Position numbers and translations under genes: made by a program. From Candidatus Latescibacterota bacterium (GTDB lineage Bacteria; Krumholzibacteriota; Krumholzibacteriia; WVZY01; JAKEHA01): a stretch of 64,000 nucleotides of DNA. The notes under the pieces are model-generated. The model was not told the origin of the DNA and did not search any database. It saw only the letters and a list, made by a program, of their open reading frames with translations. Shown one piece after another: positions 61,078 to 64,000 of the stretch; the first letter of the stretch is position 1, and the number at the start of each line of letters is the position of its first letter. The DNA is taken from assembly GCA_963707635.1 (NCBI GenBank), contig OY970173.1, positions 256,001-320,000 on the forward strand, written 5' to 3'.

Positions 61078-61959
61078 CTATCGACCCGTACACGCGAAGC
61101 CGATAACCACGCGATCGCGGCCCGCGTAGTCCTTTGCGACCTCGACCGAGGTGAACGCCGCATCGCGGAGCAATTTCGATACCCCCGCGCCCTGCGTGTC
61201 GCCGATCTCGAACATCACGAAGCCGCCCGGCGTGAGCCGTCCGGCCAGTTCCGGTACGGCGCGCCGGTAGAAGTCCAGCCCGTCGCGCCCGCCGTCGAGG
61301 GCCAGCGTCGGTTCGTGGTCGCGCACCTCGCGGGGCAGCGCCGCCAGCTCGCCCGACTCGATATACGGCGGATTGCACACGACCGCGGCAAATCGGCGGC
61401 CCGTGTCCCGGAGGTAAGCGAAGGCGTCCTCGTGCACCACTTCCACACGGTCGGAGACCCCGTTGAGCGCCGCGTTGCGAGCCGTAATCACCGCGGCGGC
61501 GCTGGAAACATCCACCGCCACGACGGCCAGGTTTGGAATGCGCGCCGCCAGCGAGACGCCGATGATCCCGCTCCCGCTGCACAGGTCCAACACGTCGAGC
61601 GCCTCGTGGAGCGGACGCGAGCGCAGCAGTTCTTCCGCCCGTTCGACCAGCACCTCCGTGTCCGGCCGCGGGACAAAGACCCCCGGGTGAACTTCGAAGG
61701 AAAGCGACATGAACTCCGTCGCCCCCAGAATGTACTGGAGTGGCTCGCGCGCCGCGCGCCGCTCGACCATTTCCCGGTATACCGACGCCCGATCCGGATC
61801 CGGCGCGTCGGTCGACTGGACATAGAGGTCGAGCATGCGCAGCCCGAGCGCGTGGCAAAGCATCCATTCCGCATTCCGGCGCGCGTTGGGGACCCCGCTC
61901 GCCACCAGGCGCAGTTCGGCGCGCTGCAGGAGGTCCCGTATGGTCTCCGCGTCGTGCAT
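61078..61959 (-). CDS. prmC: Release factor glutamine methyltransferase
   Basis: EPLQYI.G, PRPDTE, DLCSGSG, NPPY. Confidence 0.98.
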   Translation of the reverse strand: MHDAETIRDLLQRAELRLVASGVPNARRNAEWMLCHALGLRMLDLYVQSTDAPDPDRASVYREMVERRAAREPLQYILGATEFMSLSFEVHPGVFVPRPDTEVLVERAEELLRSRPLHEALDVLDLCSGSGIIGVSLAARIPNLAVVAVDVSSAAAVITARNAALNGVSDRVEVVHEDAFAYLRDTGRRFAAVVCNPPYIESGELAALPREVRDHEPTLALDGGRDGLDFYRRAVPELAGRLTPGGFVMFEIGDTQGAGVSKLLRDAAFTSVEVAKDYAGRDRVVIGFACTGR

Positions 61960-61962
61960 GGC

Positions 61963-63054
61963 TTACTCCCCGGGCACGATCCGCTGTCCGGCGCGCTCCA
62001 TGATGTCGGCCTTGCGCAACGCCTCGATAAGCGGGTCGAGTGCCCCGTCCATCACGTCGTTCAGGGTGTGGGTCGTGAAGTTGATGCGATGGTCGGTCAC
62101 GCGTTGCTGCGGAAAGTTGTAGGTTCGAATCTTGGCACTGCGGTCGCCCGACCCTACCTGGCTCCGGCGCTCCGCGGCATACTTCTCTTCCTGTGCGCGG
62201 CGCGCCTGATCCAGCAGGCGCGCTTGCAGCACCTTCATCGCCTTCGCCTTGTTCTTGAGCTGCGATCGTTCTTCCTGGCAGGTGACCACCAGGCCGGTGG
62301 GAATGTGGGTGATGCGCACAGCGCTGTCGGTGGTATTGACGCTCTGCCCCCCGGGGCCGCTCGACCGATACACGTCGATGCGGAGCTCGTTGGGGTCGAT
62401 CTTGATCTCGACTTCCTGCGCCTCGGGGAGCATTGCCACCGACGCAGCGGAGGTGTGGATGCGCCCGCTCGCCTCGGTGGCGGGGACGCGCTGCACGCGG
62501 TGGACGCCGCTCTCGTACTTGAGCGAGCCGAACGCGTTGACGCCGGTGACGAGCAGGATGACTTCCTTGAAGCCGCCCATGCCGGTCTCGCTGCTGCTCA
62601 AGACCTCGGCTTTCCAGCCTTTGCGCTCAATGAAGCGCGTGTACATGCGCAGGAGGTCGCCCGCGAAGAGCGCGGATTCCTCGCCGCCGGTTCCGGCGCG
62701 AATCTCCATGATGGTGTTCTTGTCGTCGTTGGGATCCTTCGGCACGATCAGCAGCTGGAACGTCTCCTCCAGCTGGGTGCGCTCGGCCTCCAGCGAGTCC
62801 ATCTCGGCGCGGGCGATCTCGACCAGGTCCGCGTCGGTTCCCTGCGCGATGATCTGCTTGTTGTCGGTAAGCGTCTCTTCGAGTTTCTTCAGGCGCTTGG
62901 TGACTTCGACCAGCTCCACCATGTCGGAGCGCTCCTTCGCGAGCTTGCGCCAGCGGGCGTTGTCGCGAATGACCTTTTCGTCCGCGATCAGGGAGGTCAG
63001 CTCGTCGAAGCGCGCGAGTATTTCGTCGTACCGAGGATTCATGGGTTTCGTCAT
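61963..63054 (-). CDS. prfA: Peptide chain release factor 1 (start uncertain)
   Basis: PAT tripeptide anticodon, GGQ motif. Confidence 0.98.
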   Translation of the reverse strand: MTKPMNPRYDEILARFDELTSLIADEKVIRDNARWRKLAKERSDMVELVEVTKRLKKLEETLTDNKQIIAQGTDADLVEIARAEMDSLEAERTQLEETFQLLIVPKDPNDDKNTIMEIRAGTGGEESALFAGDLLRMYTRFIERKGWKAEVLSSSETGMGGFKEVILLVTGVNAFGSLKYESGVHRVQRVPATEASGRIHTSAASVAMLPEAQEVEIKIDPNELRIDVYRSSGPGGQSVNTTDSAVRITHIPTGLVVTCQEERSQLKNKAKAMKVLQARLLDQARRAQEEKYAAERRSQVGSGDRSAKIRTYNFPQQRVTDHRINFTTHTLNDVMDGALDPLIEALRKADIMERAGQRIVPGE

Positions 63055-63093
63055 CGGGCCGCGCCGCGCGGACACCGCACCGCAGGTGGCGGG

Positions 63094-64000
63094 CTAGTTG
63101 GAAGAAACTTCCAGCGTCGCGCTCTGGTAGTCGAGACACGCGACCAGGGCCGCGATGGCGACTTCCAGCATATCATCGGAGGGTTCGGCTGTCGTGACCT
63201 TTTGGAGCGTGAGCCCCGGCCACACGGCGGGCTTGAGGAAGCGGGCGAATTTCTCTTTCGCGGAGAGACGGATGAACTCGAACGAGATGCCCCCGATCAC
63301 CGGGATGAAGGCGAAGCGCAACAGCCGGTCGCCCCACGTCTCGGGTTTGCCGAGGAGCGCGAACACGAAAATGCTCACCAGCATGACCACCAGCAGAAAG
63401 CTCGTGCCGCAGCGCGGGTGGAGCGTCGTATAGGGGCGCGCGTTCGCCACCGTCAGGTCCTGGCCGTTCTCGAACGTGTAGATGGTCTTGTGCTCGGCGC
63501 CGTGGTACTGGAATATGCGCCGCATTTCCTTCCAGCGCGAGATGAGGAGCAGGTACCCGAGGAAGATGACGAGCCGGAACGCGCCGTCGATCAGATTGAA
63601 CGCGAGGCTGCCCTGGACTCCCGTGAGTTCGGTGAGCCACAGCGGCAGGTAGAAGAACAGGGCGAAGCCGGCGCCCAGCGCGAACACGACCGACCCGAAA
63701 ATGGCCAGGTTGGATGCGGTGCTGGCTTTCGGCTTGGGATCGCTGTTCTCGTCCGCCGCCTGCGACGCGGAGTACGAGAGCGACTGGATCCCGATCCACA
63801 TCATCTCGACCAGGCCGATCGCCCCGCGGACGATGGGAATATTGAGAAACTTGAAACGATGCGTCAGCGACCGGTAGCGGTTCTTCTGGATGACGATGGT
63901 CCCCTGCGGCGTCCGCACGGCGGTCGCGTAGTAGGTGGGCGACCGCATCATCACGCCCTCGATGACCGCCTGGCCACCGACGTAGAAGCGTTTGTCCGCC
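63094..64000 (-). CDS. DUF1385 family membrane protein (start just beyond the right edge)
   Basis: GGQAVIEGVMM, YHGAEHK, HPRCGTSF. Confidence 0.93.
   Translation of the reverse strand, partial: ADKRFYVGGQAVIEGVMMRSPTYYATAVRTPQGTIVIQKNRYRSLTHRFKFLNIPIVRGAIGLVEMMWIGIQSLSYSASQAADENSDPKPKASTASNLAIFGSVVFALGAGFALFFYLPLWLTELTGVQGSLAFNLIDGAFRLVIFLGYLLLISRWKEMRRIFQYHGAEHKTIYTFENGQDLTVANARPYTTLHPRCGTSFLLVVMLVSIFVFALLGKPETWGDRLLRFAFIPVIGGISFEFIRLSAKEKFARFLKPAVWPGLTLQKVTTAEPSDDMLEVAIAALVACLDYQSATLEVSSN

Overview
GC-rich bacterial chromosome segment, almost entirely on the minus strand and dominated by core housekeeping genes. Positions 274-34333 form an essentially contiguous translation/transcription super-cluster: tRNA-Thr/Tyr/Gly/Thr, tuf, rpmG, tRNA-Trp, secE, nusG, rplKAJL, rpoBC, rpsL-rpsG-fusA-tuf, then the S10, spc and alpha operons. 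The right half holds DUF1385-prfA-prmC-murA-selB, rqcH, yicC-gmk-rpoZ-coaBC-udg, dnaB, mlaE/F/D (split by a secreted repeat protein with a FlgD/T9SS-like tail, suggesting an FCB-superphylum lineage), ispDF-gltX, a small accessory block, ddl and cysS. Single-base insertions break rplR, rpoB and ddl and are most likely sequencing errors. No CRISPR array, rRNA, transposase or phage gene was seen. Best non-obvious signals: (1) a four-copy ~95 bp structured repeat with a conserved core, unrelated compensating outer stems and tandem G-A mismatches, placed just after stop codons in both orientations; (2) a candidate ~270 nt sigma54-driven structured ncRNA beside selB; (3) strong TAG stop-codon preference in highly expressed genes; (4) phased DnaA-box-like repeats upstream of dnaB. 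All calls come from reading the sequence and recognising motifs; no database search was run.
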